Shown: positions 8,281-17,450, counted from the stretch's first letter. The stretch: DNA of 18,404 bases from a virus (IMGVR_UViG_3300029713_000154), one strand, 5' to 3'. Numbers and translations are program-made. The notes: generated by a model from the letters alone, not told the origin.

Positions 8281-9321
8281 TTACTGGCTGGTCGCTGGCC
8301 CGCGTGACACGTCGATTTCAGTGGTATAGCCGCTGCGCACAAAACTGTGAGTCGATTTATCAATCAGCCACTGACCGGAAAGCACGCCAAAATCGGTCAG
8401 TTCAATTTTATTGCCCGCCGTCAGTTCCGGGCAGCCCATCATCCTGAGCGTTCCGGTTTGTTGATATTCGTTGTGGCTGTCGAGCGCGGCGTTGGCCTTT
8501 GCCTGTGCCGCGCCAACGTCCGGCGCCCGACTGTTCAGTTTTAGCGTGTCGGCACTGGTGCCGACTCCACGGGTAGACGGTTTTTGCTGGCTGTCGTGGG
8601 TGTAGATAACCAGTTCTTTTTTCTTACTATTTTGATGCTGTACGGTGGCATTTTTGTAGATACGGTTAATGGTATCTTTGAAGGTGAAATGCGAAACGTC
8701 TTTGCGGTCGATCGTTTTTACCGGCGCCAGGCAGCGCAGCGTGGGTAAATGCGAAAAAATCAGTTCTTTGGTGGTCACCTTTACCGCATAGCCATATTCG
8801 CTGGCCAGGCGCTTGAGAAATCCGACATCGGTTTCACCATACTGCGTTACCCGGTCGATGGTGAGCGGCTCGATTTTGCCCACCAGTTTCAGACCGTGCG
8901 TTTGGGCGATACGGCTGGCGATAGCCGAAAGCGTCGTTTCTTCAAAGCCCTGGCTGTTACGGGTACGCAGCGCCTGATTGACGGAAGTGGCGATGCCATC
9001 AATATTTACCGTAGAAGGTGGCGCTGAAATATCAATTTTATCAATAATATACTGACCACAATCGAGCAGCTTTTCCCCCTGATAACCCATATGCAGCGCC
9101 AGCGTATCGCCTTTGCCGGGATACCACTCTTTTATCCAGCGTCCATCGGTGTCATCCAGTGTAATCGCGATGGTATCTGACTCGTTTTTGATGCTGTCGT
9201 GGTAACTGATGCTGGTGACATAGGGTGTGATGTCATAAGTGATATCTTTATGCCCATACCAGAGGGTAAAAATGGGCGTGAGTGTGGCAAAGACGCCACC
9301 AGTTACGCTTATCTCAGCCAT
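8281..9321 (-). CDS. Baseplate hub protein, P2 gpD / Mu gpP-like
   Basis: 346 aa, typical gpD size; position X-D-V; GGAGA SD. Confidence 0.8.
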   Translation of the reverse strand: MAEISVTGGVFATLTPIFTLWYGHKDITYDITPYVTSISYHDSIKNESDTIAITLDDTDGRWIKEWYPGKGDTLALHMGYQGEKLLDCGQYIIDKIDISAPPSTVNIDGIATSVNQALRTRNSQGFEETTLSAIASRIAQTHGLKLVGKIEPLTIDRVTQYGETDVGFLKRLASEYGYAVKVTTKELIFSHLPTLRCLAPVKTIDRKDVSHFTFKDTINRIYKNATVQHQNSKKKELVIYTHDSQQKPSTRGVGTSADTLKLNSRAPDVGAAQAKANAALDSHNEYQQTGTLRMMGCPELTAGNKIELTDFGVLSGQWLIDKSTHSFVRSGYTTEIDVSRGPATSQ

Positions 9322-9518
9322 GGTGGGATCTCCGATAAGGTTTTATTGACGGAAATGACCGGAATAATGAGCTGAATACCGGAAGGCAGTACCGGGTAAA
9401 TGGCGACATGTGGATTGGCGACGATTATGCGTTCATAAGCCAGCGCATCACCGTAGTAATGCCATGCCAGATTATCCCAGCGTTCGCCGTCGGTGGTGAT
9501 ATGTTCAAGGTATCGCAT
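9309..9518 (-). CDS. Tail protein X (gpX, LysM-like)
   Basis: About 69 aa with the pattern YxxDxLDxIAxxYYG...ANP...LPxGxxLxIP typical of P2 gpX. The track starts at GTG 9521; ATG 9518 shares a base with the upstream TGA. Confidence 0.75.
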   Translation of the reverse strand: MRYLEHITTDGERWDNLAWHYYGDALAYERIIVANPHVAIYPVLPSGIQLIIPVISVNKTLSEIPPWLR

Positions 9519-10471
9519 CACCAGATCCTCGTAATGGTCGCGGCAGCAAGCTGGCTCACTGTGGGAGTGGTTTGTTGTACCGTTGTTCGTGCCTGATCAA
9601 CCAACGTTGCGGCTTTATCAAACGTCGCTTCGGCGATGTCGCTGGTAATGTCGTCGAAAAGCGCCTGAGCATGGTCAACCAGTGTACTGGCGTCATTGGC
9701 GCAGTCCCGGATACCTGGCATGTTACCCAGTAAAGTTTTAATCTGCGCCGACAACGCTTTTGGGAGTCCTGCCAGCGTTTGCAGATCCATTGGCTGTTTA
9801 AACAGGGTTTCGATGGCGTCGATTGTCTTTTTCAATGACGTAATTATCTTTTCACACTTTTCTTTTAACACTTTGGCCTCTTTAATCATTGCTTTCACTT
9901 TTGCCACCGTTTTTTTAATATCTTCAATGGCTTGTGTCAGTTCATCCAGCATCTCTTTGGCCTTACGCATACCTTCTTCGATGGCGTTTAATATCTGATC
10001 AAACCAGGACTCCACCATGTCGGGAAAATCGCTCGCCTTTTCCTCAATGTTAGGCTCCTGGGTGGTAATCGCCGGAGGTAAAAGTGGATTTTTAGGATCG
10101 CCGGTGTACTCCTGGAGCGACATCGTTCCGTTTTGGGCAATCACATTGCCCCAGGGATCGGTGTGCTGGTGGGTGGCGGTTAGCTCCGTAATTACAAACC
10201 AGCCGCGATAATCGCCATTGCCAAATACCAGTGCCATCGCCTTGTGAGCAAGCATGGCTTCACGCAGTCGATTAAGCTCTGTTGTGGGCTGGCAAAACTG
10301 GCTGTGCAGGGAAAATTCCAGCGCCAGCATATCCAGCTTATCGCCAATAAACTGCACACCGGGTTTGCCTTCTATACGGGCATGTGTGGCGTAATCCACG
10401 CCCATTGTGCTTTTAAAGCCGTCCCAGAATGCGACAACCTTAAATTCAATCTCTCCTAAAACGGCATACAT
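9518..10471 (-). CDS. Tail protein with gpU / Mu-N-like N-terminal domain and a C-terminal coiled-coil extension
   Basis: 317 aa. The N-terminus MYAVLGEIEFKV resembles the gpU start. The C-terminal ~170 aa is Lys/Glu/Ala-rich heptad-like sequence. Lies between the tape measure and gpX genes. Confidence 0.6.
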   Translation of the reverse strand: MYAVLGEIEFKVVAFWDGFKSTMGVDYATHARIEGKPGVQFIGDKLDMLALEFSLHSQFCQPTTELNRLREAMLAHKAMALVFGNGDYRGWFVITELTATHQHTDPWGNVIAQNGTMSLQEYTGDPKNPLLPPAITTQEPNIEEKASDFPDMVESWFDQILNAIEEGMRKAKEMLDELTQAIEDIKKTVAKVKAMIKEAKVLKEKCEKIITSLKKTIDAIETLFKQPMDLQTLAGLPKALSAQIKTLLGNMPGIRDCANDASTLVDHAQALFDDITSDIAEATFDKAATLVDQARTTVQQTTPTVSQLAAATITRIW

Positions 10472-12846
10472 CAGGCATACCCCCGGCGCTGTTGTTGCGC
10501 CATTACGTCGTTAATCATTCTTTCAAGTTCGCGTTTACTCATCGTCAACACGTTCTGAATCTCTTTAGTGGTGTTTTGTCCGTTACCCTGCACGGTAATC
10601 TGTGGCGAAAAATTCACCTGAACTTTTCCAGAGGAACGGGAAGGTAGCGTCGCCGGTTTGGTTACGGATTTACCAGGTAAAGAGGCCAATGCGGGTTTGG
10701 CGGCTGTATTTTTTGCCGCAGGTGCCGATGGCGGCGTTGTCGTTTTACTGGATGGCGCGAGTTGTTTCCCCACCGGAGGCGTTAAAATCGCACCGGCAAC
10801 GCCTGGAACAACGCTCGCGGGGGAGACGGATGCGGTATTAGTCGTGCTTGTAATAGCTGTAGCCGATCCTTCTGTACTAATACCCATCGTGGTTTTTAGC
10901 CAGTCTGGGATGACGTTTTTGACCTGATCAATAATGCCTTTCAGAGCGGGGAAGGCATTCATTATGCCGTCGGCCAGGCTAGCCAGAAGATTGCTGCCGA
11001 ACTCGCTAAAACTCGCAGGCATTTCAACACCAAACCAATTCATCACACTGGAAAAGGCGCTATAGAACAACTCCAGCGGCGACCAGTCGAGAATTAACCG
11101 ACAAATTTCTGCAATGCCGCCGTCAAAGGCCGTGGTGATACGTTGCCAGATGGTAGAAAAGAACCTGGAGATAGGCTCCCAGTTGCGATAAATCAGATAA
11201 GCAGCGCCCGCAATCGCAGTGATGACCAGACCAATGGGATTCATCAATAAAACCCTACCCAACCAGAAGACGGTCTGACCTGCCTGTTTCAGTGCGCCAA
11301 TCAGGCCACGACCAAGCAGTTGCGTTAGCCATTTTGCACCGCCACCCAATGACTTAACCGCTGATAGCATCTTACTTGCCCCGCCTGTGAGTGCCAGACT
11401 TGCCCTGACTTTCAGGAAGATATCGACCAGACGAATAAACGGCGAGGCGATGAAGTTCGCGCCCAGTTTTAAAACATTCAGCGCGCCGTTAAACAGCCAA
11501 ATCGCCCCGACGATTTTCGCAATGTTTTGCACCAGTGCCGGGTGCTCACGTAGCCAGGCGCTGAACTGGCGAACAACCGGCGTAAGGCTTTGTGCCAGCT
11601 CGCCAATCAGCGGCATTAATTGCAAGCCAATGCTGAGCCATAAATCATTTAACGCCAGCTGTAACGCTTTAGTCTGTTCAATGGGCGAGGCCATTTGCGC
11701 AGAAAAGTCGGCATCAATCAGATTCTTGCTGCTGGCTTGCATGGCAGAGGCTTTTAACTGGCGATATTCCTCCATATTCGCCAGCATAGGTGCCAGGAAT
11801 TCCACAGTTTGCGCATCGCCGAACATTTCGCCCAGATTAAATTGCGTCACCATCGATTGCAGCGCATTGCTGCGAGCAGATAAATCTTCAATCTGCATAG
11901 TGCGTTTGAAGGTGCCGAGGATCGCCGGATTCATCTTCTCAAGCTGCATTTGCACGATATGAGTCATGGCTTCGCTAACACCCATACCGTTTTGCTGATG
12001 CTCAAGCAGAGAGCCTTGCAGATCAACGCCCTGGCTGGCGAACCAGTTATCGGTTTTTTTCGAAAAGGTGGTTTGCAGAAAGTGGTCGAAATTCTCCGCC
12101 GCCGCACTGGCGCTGGCCCCGTTTTTCATGGCGATCTGCATGATGGCGGTCAGTTCAGCCATACCTTCCAGACCCTGAGCGCCGGTTTTACCTGCAAATT
12201 TCTCTATCCACTGCGTTTGTTCGGCAACGGCAGGCCCACCGCTTTTGCTAATGCCATACATCATGTTTTGCGTGGCGTGGAAATTTTCCGGGGCAATATT
12301 CAATCGATCATGAGTCGCGAGCGCGGCATTCGCCCACGTTTCAGCACTTTCGCGCGTGGCGGTGGCAGCTTTGGCGATCTCCGGCATATAACGGTTGAGA
12401 TCCTGCATCGACGACAAATTGCCTTCGATCAGCGTTTGGGCTGCGTTCTGTAAGGTGGTCTGCTGCTGGTTAAAATCCATGCTCCAGTCGCGCAGATTAA
12501 GGCTGAGCGTCTCGCGGGTTGTAGCATTCATCCCACCTTTGGTCGCCATATTGACCATGTTGTCCTGGAACTCATATGGCAACTTCCAGTCGGGGGCTTC
12601 AACATTGAATACCTTGCTAAATTGCCCGGCAAATGTTTGGGTTTTCTCCATTAGATCAGCGCGGTTCCGGCTATTTTCCTCCAGGCGGAGAGCAGAATCG
12701 GCAAGTTGCTGCGTTAGTTTGATTACTGTCGCTTGCTGAGAAGAGAGAGCTAACAAAGTTCTGGCGTTGAGTGAGCCGTAACGGGCTATTGCCTGCGTCA
12801 ACGTCTCATTACGCGCCTGAAGCTGGGTAATAATATCGTTGGCCAA
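10471..12846 (-). CDS. Tail tape measure protein
   Basis: 791 aa, Ala/Gln-rich helical N-terminal half with a central hydrophobic segment; position after the chaperone gene. Apparent TTG start at 12846 with AAGAG upstream. Confidence 0.85.
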   Translation of the reverse strand: MANDIITQLQARNETLTQAIARYGSLNARTLLALSSQQATVIKLTQQLADSALRLEENSRNRADLMEKTQTFAGQFSKVFNVEAPDWKLPYEFQDNMVNMATKGGMNATTRETLSLNLRDWSMDFNQQQTTLQNAAQTLIEGNLSSMQDLNRYMPEIAKAATATRESAETWANAALATHDRLNIAPENFHATQNMMYGISKSGGPAVAEQTQWIEKFAGKTGAQGLEGMAELTAIMQIAMKNGASASAAAENFDHFLQTTFSKKTDNWFASQGVDLQGSLLEHQQNGMGVSEAMTHIVQMQLEKMNPAILGTFKRTMQIEDLSARSNALQSMVTQFNLGEMFGDAQTVEFLAPMLANMEEYRQLKASAMQASSKNLIDADFSAQMASPIEQTKALQLALNDLWLSIGLQLMPLIGELAQSLTPVVRQFSAWLREHPALVQNIAKIVGAIWLFNGALNVLKLGANFIASPFIRLVDIFLKVRASLALTGGASKMLSAVKSLGGGAKWLTQLLGRGLIGALKQAGQTVFWLGRVLLMNPIGLVITAIAGAAYLIYRNWEPISRFFSTIWQRITTAFDGGIAEICRLILDWSPLELFYSAFSSVMNWFGVEMPASFSEFGSNLLASLADGIMNAFPALKGIIDQVKNVIPDWLKTTMGISTEGSATAITSTTNTASVSPASVVPGVAGAILTPPVGKQLAPSSKTTTPPSAPAAKNTAAKPALASLPGKSVTKPATLPSRSSGKVQVNFSPQITVQGNGQNTTKEIQNVLTMSKRELERMINDVMAQQQRRGYA

Positions 12847-13035
12847 AATTGTTTCTCTTTAATTATTGATAATGGCCCACTGGTTATTTTTCTAAAAAAG
12901 GGGCTGGGAAGAAATAAACCTGGCGGGCTTTGAAGAACTCGCAGACATCAGGTCTGCGAGCCATATTCGATCTTTATTTGGTCGCTGGCTTCATCCAGCC
13001 AGTTGCTAAAGTCATCTATGGTGAGCGCGTCTATC

Positions 13036-13353
13036 TCACTGGGTGGAAAGCGAAACCATCTCGCCAGTAGCGCCATTGCCTGCCATAGCTGGGGAGGATT
13101 CTGTAACCACGGTAAGCATGGATTGAAATCGTTTCTGCAATGCCTGGTAATCCAGCAAATCCATTTCAGCTAAATCTTCTGGCACCAGTCCGGTCATCGC
13201 CGCCATTAGCGGTTCATCCCACTCTTCGGGTTTTTCGCTGATCCGGCGCGCGTTGCGCATATCTTTTACTTTCAGGCGACGTAATTGCAGCGAGTCGATA
13301 GTATTTCCTGCTGCCGACGTAAATGGGAACTGTAAGATATAATGCTCTTTCAT
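13036..13353 (-). CDS. Tail assembly chaperone (gpE-like)
   Basis: 105-aa acidic protein between the tube and tape measure genes. No second frameshift-partner ORF is apparent. Confidence 0.55.
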   Translation of the reverse strand: MKEHYILQFPFTSAAGNTIDSLQLRRLKVKDMRNARRISEKPEEWDEPLMAAMTGLVPEDLAEMDLLDYQALQKRFQSMLTVVTESSPAMAGNGATGEMVSLSTQ

Positions 13354-13403
13354 TTTGTATCCTTATTTATGTTGCGAAGTTCGGGGCCGTAGCCCCGAAT
13401 AAT

Positions 13404-13928
13404 TTAGCCACCGATGTTATTGCGATAGGTACTTAATTGATCCACGCCGTTAACCCGAAAAATATTCGCCATATAATCAAGTTCAAGCAGCGTTTCACCA
13501 TCGACCACTTGTTTAATATAAGTACAACCAAAGGCGCTGCTGAATTCCGGGTTTTCATTCTGTTTAAATGTGCCCAAGGGATTCTTTTTAAACATCACGG
13601 TTAAATGTGTCACTAACGCTAATTGATTCGCTTTCCCCTGGGAGTTATAGCAATCAATACTGGAGCGGCACTGTAATGCTACTGCCTGCCACGGGTTTGC
13701 CGTTTTACGCATTACGTCCTGATAAAAGGAGTTCCATTTAATTTCCCCCTCCAGTTTATCGAAACCAGCCGGGAGTTCGATTTTACCGACCATACCCAGT
13801 GCTTTATGCTCTTGCATAATTAAACTGACATCCGGCAATTTAATTTCGGTTGCACGACCTAAAAGATTATTACCATCGAGATAAATATTGGCGTTGGTAA
13901 TACGGTTAATTTGAATTTTTCCAGCCAT
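13404..13928 (-). CDS. Tail tube protein (P2 FII / Mu M-like)
   Basis: 174 aa; start ATG overlaps the sheath stop (TAATG). Confidence 0.85.
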   Translation of the reverse strand: MAGKIQINRITNANIYLDGNNLLGRATEIKLPDVSLIMQEHKALGMVGKIELPAGFDKLEGEIKWNSFYQDVMRKTANPWQAVALQCRSSIDCYNSQGKANQLALVTHLTVMFKKNPLGTFKQNENPEFSSAFGCTYIKQVVDGETLLELDYMANIFRVNGVDQLSTYRNNIGG

Positions 13929-15352
13929 TAGCTATTGCTCTCCAGAGAGACTAAATATTCAGAAGTAATTTCAGTTTCAAACGTCAGACGTTCCAGCGGC
14001 GGCGGCGGGGTGAATTTATAGCTAAGCAATAAATGCCCGGCGCTGAGTTCAGCCGGTGAATTTCGCGCCGGATCGTACCAGCACTCAAAGCCAAGCAGTG
14101 CGCCGTCGGCAATCAGTTTTCGGCCCCAGGTATTTACCGATTCGGTCAGCGCGTCAATAAGAGCCTGATTAATCGGCATATCAATATACTGCTGACTGAA
14201 ATAACGGATTGACTCATTAATTACATCGCCTGTCCGGCGAACGTTTTCAAAGTTACGCATATGGGTCACGGTAGGCCATGCCGCTGTGCGGTTGCCCCAC
14301 AAGCGCAGACCAGAACCGTAACTATTGAAAATAGTGGTAATGCCGTTTTCGTTGAGCTGATTCACTTCGCTTTGTGGATCATCAATCATTGCAGAAAGCG
14401 AACGTTCAATACCGGTAATACCCTGAATTTCCTGGTTTGAGTTGCTCCACCAGAAACCTTTTTCGAGGTCTACTTTGGCACGTAGCCCGGCAGCGCGCGA
14501 AGAGAGTGGTTCGAGAACTTCCTGGTTAGTGATGCCATCGTAAACTTTGACGTGTGGGTAACATAAACGCACACGATCAGAGCTGGTATTGAAGTTGATA
14601 GCCCCTTGCGAACCGCGTCCAGCCAATACCTGCTGGAATGTCGTCCCAATCGGAGCATCAATGTAGGTAAGCGCACCGAGTTTTTCCGCTTGTGCAATCA
14701 GCTCAGTAGTTACTGATTTTTGCGTACAAAACACGGGAGCAAGCAGGATTTTGGCGTAGAAACCGTACAGGTTATAGGTGTCCTGAAGGAGTTTCATCCC
14801 CGTGCGGTCGCCTGCGGTATTTACGGCACCGATAATATCGGCTGCGGTGACCTTTGTAGGGTCGCACCAGGAATAATAGGCGCAAACTTTCGCACCAGGA
14901 GGAATGTCGGCTCCTTTACGGGTAATTATGCCTGTTTGTTCATCTACGCTAAATGCTGCGGTGTTAAAGGTTGATGAATTTGATGAAGAGGGCTTTAGTA
15001 CCACGTTACGCACATTGCGGTGAGCGAGCTTCGCCTGGTTGTTAGCGTCAAAAGTGATACTCTCATTGCTGATGTTGGAGCCATGTTTTGCCGGATCCAG
15101 CACGTTAATCACCACCACCGTACCGGCACCGTGGTCATAAATCGCCTTCAGTGCCTGTGGGATCGTAAAGTTAGCCTGAGTCGAGCCAAACTGCGCAGCA
15201 TCGCTTTCAGAAAGGCATAATGTTGGTTTATTTACCGGACCGCAGGGGGCCGTACCGATTAAAGCGATGACGGCGGATTTTACCGCTTTAACCGGACGCG
15301 GGCCGGTTTCAATTTCAATGGTTTCTACACCGTGCAGGTAATTAGCTGCCAT
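13928..15352 (-). CDS. Contractile tail sheath protein (P2 FI / Mu L-like)
   Basis: About 474 aa. The track begins at TTG 15358; ATG 15352 with GAGGA SD is the likelier start. Size and position are typical of a sheath gene. Confidence 0.9.
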   Translation of the reverse strand: MAANYLHGVETIEIETGPRPVKAVKSAVIALIGTAPCGPVNKPTLCLSESDAAQFGSTQANFTIPQALKAIYDHGAGTVVVINVLDPAKHGSNISNESITFDANNQAKLAHRNVRNVVLKPSSSNSSTFNTAAFSVDEQTGIITRKGADIPPGAKVCAYYSWCDPTKVTAADIIGAVNTAGDRTGMKLLQDTYNLYGFYAKILLAPVFCTQKSVTTELIAQAEKLGALTYIDAPIGTTFQQVLAGRGSQGAINFNTSSDRVRLCYPHVKVYDGITNQEVLEPLSSRAAGLRAKVDLEKGFWWSNSNQEIQGITGIERSLSAMIDDPQSEVNQLNENGITTIFNSYGSGLRLWGNRTAAWPTVTHMRNFENVRRTGDVINESIRYFSQQYIDMPINQALIDALTESVNTWGRKLIADGALLGFECWYDPARNSPAELSAGHLLLSYKFTPPPPLERLTFETEITSEYLVSLESNS

Positions 15353-15539
15353 GTACAATTTCCTCTACGTTATTTTGTTCTTCCTGAGTGATGACAGGAG
15401 TCAGATGATTGCGGGCAATCATGGTCATGACCCACTCGTTGTCTTCTGGCAGATCAATTTCACTGTTCGGCCACAATAAGATTTCTTGTCCATCGGCAAG
15501 GGTGACGCCGCTTGCCGGGCCGTTGTAGATGTATTTCAT
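15342..15539 (-). CDS. Small tail-associated protein (65 aa), function unknown
   Basis: ATGA-type coupling to the upstream gene; overlaps the sheath start. Conserved position immediately upstream of the sheath gene. Confidence 0.45.
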   Translation of the reverse strand: MKYIYNGPASGVTLADGQEILLWPNSEIDLPEDNEWVMTMIARNHLTPVITQEEQNNVEEIVHGS

Positions 15540-15991
15540 TCAGTTTCCTCGTAGTTAACTTCCGTAAGCAGGGGAAGATCCGTGCTTTCCTGTTCAGCGA
15601 TAAACAGCGAGCTGGTCGCCATTTCCAGGATGTAGCGGCAGAAACCGCCGCTCTCACCCGTATTAATTTCTTTTTCAAGCCAAAGCAGACGATCGCAATC
15701 AGGAAGCTGAAGGCCGCCCAATGCGCTGCGTATGCAATCAAGTGCGTTTAACGCGTCACAATTTTTGTCAACAATAACGGTGGCGGTTAAGCGGAGTATT
15801 TGCTGTTGCACGATGGCATCACTGCTTTCGGGTGTGGTAAAGACAGAACCGCTATAATTAATAATCACTGCAACTTGTTGTGTCTGTGGAATATATTTCT
15901 GGGCATCCGTAGATGAAATAAATATATCCATTTCAGGATGCCGATCACGTAATTTGACCATGACATAATTCATTGCAGATAAAATTTTCAT
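15536..15991 (-). CDS. Putative tail completion / terminator-like protein (151 aa); first gene of the tail operon
   Basis: ATG at 15991 with AAGGT upstream; first ORF after the terminator that ends the lysis cassette. Function inferred from position only. Confidence 0.45.
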   Translation of the reverse strand: MKILSAMNYVMVKLRDRHPEMDIFISSTDAQKYIPQTQQVAVIINYSGSVFTTPESSDAIVQQQILRLTATVIVDKNCDALNALDCIRSALGGLQLPDCDRLLWLEKEINTGESGGFCRYILEMATSSLFIAEQESTDLPLLTEVNYEETE

Positions 15992-16046
15992 ATGAGGTGT
16001 ACCTTAATTACCGCTCACTTCGTTATCGTTGAGATGTATTATGAAG

Positions 16047-16091
16047 CAGTGAAGGTGAAGAATCTTTTAATGTGATTTAGAGAAAAAATTG
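16047..16091 (-). promoter_or_regulatory. Candidate activator-dependent late promoter element upstream of the tail operon
   Basis: 45-nt block shared with the lysis-operon upstream region at 17406-17450; sense strand CNATTTTTT-N28-CTTCACTG at identical spacing. Confidence 0.35.
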
Positions 16092-16100
16092 AATGGCTAT

Positions 16101-16133
16101 AAAAAATCCCCACACTTACGTAAAGGTGGGGAT
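16101..16133 (-). terminator. Rho-independent terminator after the lysis cassette
   Basis: Stem 16106-16113 ATCCCCAC / 16126-16133 GTGGGGAT, followed on the minus strand by UUUUUU. Lies 5 nt after the spanin-like gene stop. Confidence 0.55.
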
Positions 16134-16137
16134 GTAT

Positions 16138-16452
16138 TTAATAACTGCCACGTTGTAACAGCTCGATTTTGCTATATAAGGCATCCAGCTTTGCTTCTAA
16201 TACTGCTTGCCCACGAAGATAATCTTCTCTGCGGACATAATGCAGCGGAAGCTCGGCACGAAATTCAAGAAACTCTCTTTCCAGTTTCGACCAACTTGTT
16301 TCTGATTCCCTGCGGGCATTTTCCAGAGACTCAAAACGCTCATTAAGTCGTTTTTCAATTTGCGCTAACAGCAGTTTTCCGGCAGCAAACATTAATCCAA
16401 CGAAGGAAAGCATAAGGGAGATCACTTCCCAAAAATCGATACTGAGTTTCAT
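16138..16452 (-). CDS. Putative i-spanin (Rz-like): N-terminal transmembrane segment plus coiled coil
   Basis: 104 aa. Hydrophobic residues 8-26, then charged heptad-like sequence. Directly downstream of the endolysin gene; GAGGGG SD. Confidence 0.5.
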   Translation of the reverse strand: MKLSIDFWEVISLMLSFVGLMFAAGKLLLAQIEKRLNERFESLENARRESETSWSKLEREFLEFRAELPLHYVRREDYLRGQAVLEAKLDALYSKIELLQRGSY

Positions 16453-16464
16453 CGGCCCCTCTGA

Positions 16465-17070
16465 TTAGTGAAGACAGCTTGCCTGTCCCCAGAGTAAATA
16501 GCGGGCAGCGTGTTGATAGAGAATCATCTTTGGATAGCGACGATTTTCTCGCCAGTTCGCGGCGCTGCGCCCGGCGTTGACTTGCTCGACATGACCAAAC
16601 CAGCGAGTGGCATCTAACCCTTTGGATGCAGCCAGTTTTTTATCCCGGTTAACCCACCCCTGACCGCCGTTATAGGCGCTTAGGGTAAACGCCATACGCT
16701 GACAGTCATTTTGCGCAGAGATGTTTTTCCACAAATGCTGGTCATATTGCACCAGCGCGCGAATCGCCCAGGTTGGGTTATACGGTTTGTTTTCACGCAA
16801 TTGTGGATACAACTGGCTTATCCATGTCGCAGTAGCAGGCATAAATTGCGCCATACCTTGTGCGCCAACGGGGGAACGTACCATTGGCTGCCAGGCGGAC
16901 TCCTGGTGTAATTGCCCGGCAAAGTCGGCCACTGGGGCATTCAGCCCCCAGACTTCTCGAGCTGTACGAATTAGTTCGTTTCGCCATGCCAGAGAGGCTC
17001 GCGGCGGTTCAGAGGCGTTAAGCGGGAAAAGAACGAAAATAATCATAGACGCGATATATTTCAGCCACAT
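16465..17070 (-). CDS. Endolysin, SLT-domain lytic transglycosylase with N-terminal signal or SAR sequence
   Basis: SLT family-1 motifs (HQESAWQP, GAQGMAQFMP, AYNGG). Likely start is ATG 17070 (MWLKYIASMIIFVLFPLNA). The track extension to 17148 overlaps the holin gene in another frame and is discounted. Confidence 0.8.
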   Translation of the reverse strand: MWLKYIASMIIFVLFPLNASEPPRASLAWRNELIRTAREVWGLNAPVADFAGQLHQESAWQPMVRSPVGAQGMAQFMPATATWISQLYPQLRENKPYNPTWAIRALVQYDQHLWKNISAQNDCQRMAFTLSAYNGGQGWVNRDKKLAASKGLDATRWFGHVEQVNAGRSAANWRENRRYPKMILYQHAARYLLWGQASCLH

Positions 17071-17072
17071 CA

Positions 17073-17360
17073 CTATAGCCCTAAGGCGACGGAAAGACAG
17101 ACGGCGGCAACGATGATGGCGCGGCGAATCATTGCCGCCGCGCAGCAACGCGGTTCCTTCCAGGGGCTAAAAGAGTCAGGCCGTGCCCAGGGGAACAAAC
17201 TGCGATCGAGCCAGTATCCCAGAACCGCGGAAAGCGAAACCAGGCTTAGTTTATAAATGACGACCGGGATCTGTGCTGAAGAGGTCCAGCCGATCACGAC
17301 AAACAGCGCGACGGAAGCGACCAGCCAGCCGGAAAGCCGGGGAAAAGTGACTTTTTTCAT
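17073..17360 (-). CDS. Holin or pinholin-like small membrane protein
   Basis: 95 aa with 2-3 hydrophobic segments; strong AGGAGA SD; immediately upstream of the endolysin gene. Confidence 0.5.
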   Translation of the reverse strand: MKKVTFPRLSGWLVASVALFVVIGWTSSAQIPVVIYKLSLVSLSAVLGYWLDRSLFPWARPDSFSPWKEPRCCAAAMIRRAIIVAAVCLSVALGL

Positions 17361-17405
17361 ACGATATCTCCTGATAAGTGAGCGTTTAGTGTCGTCAGAA
17401 CCCGC

Positions 17406-17450
17406 CAGTGAAGAATGAAAAAAGCTTTAATAAATAAGTTTAAAAAATAG
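17406..17450 (-). promoter_or_regulatory. Candidate activator-dependent late promoter element upstream of the lysis operon
   Basis: Same bipartite motif as 16047-16091; it ends about 45 nt upstream of the holin ATG. Confidence 0.35.

Noticed and set aside
11387-12739. Plus-strand ORFs of 191, 167 and 114 aa opposite the tape measure gene
   Set aside because: They lie antisense within a long, well-supported minus-strand gene; there are no independent expression signals.
5381-15991. Type VI secretion system or extracellular contractile injection system (Afp/PVC-like)
   Set aside because: A tape measure, tail fibre with assembly chaperone, gpX and a holin-endolysin-spanin cassette are phage or tailocin hallmarks; no TssB/C-like pair, Hcp, ClpV-type ATPase or membrane-complex genes are present.
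16465-17148. Longer 227-aa form of the endolysin starting at 17148
   Set aside because: The extension overlaps the holin-like gene in another frame and is Arg-rich nonsense; the internal ATG at 17070 begins a typical signal sequence directly after the holin stop.
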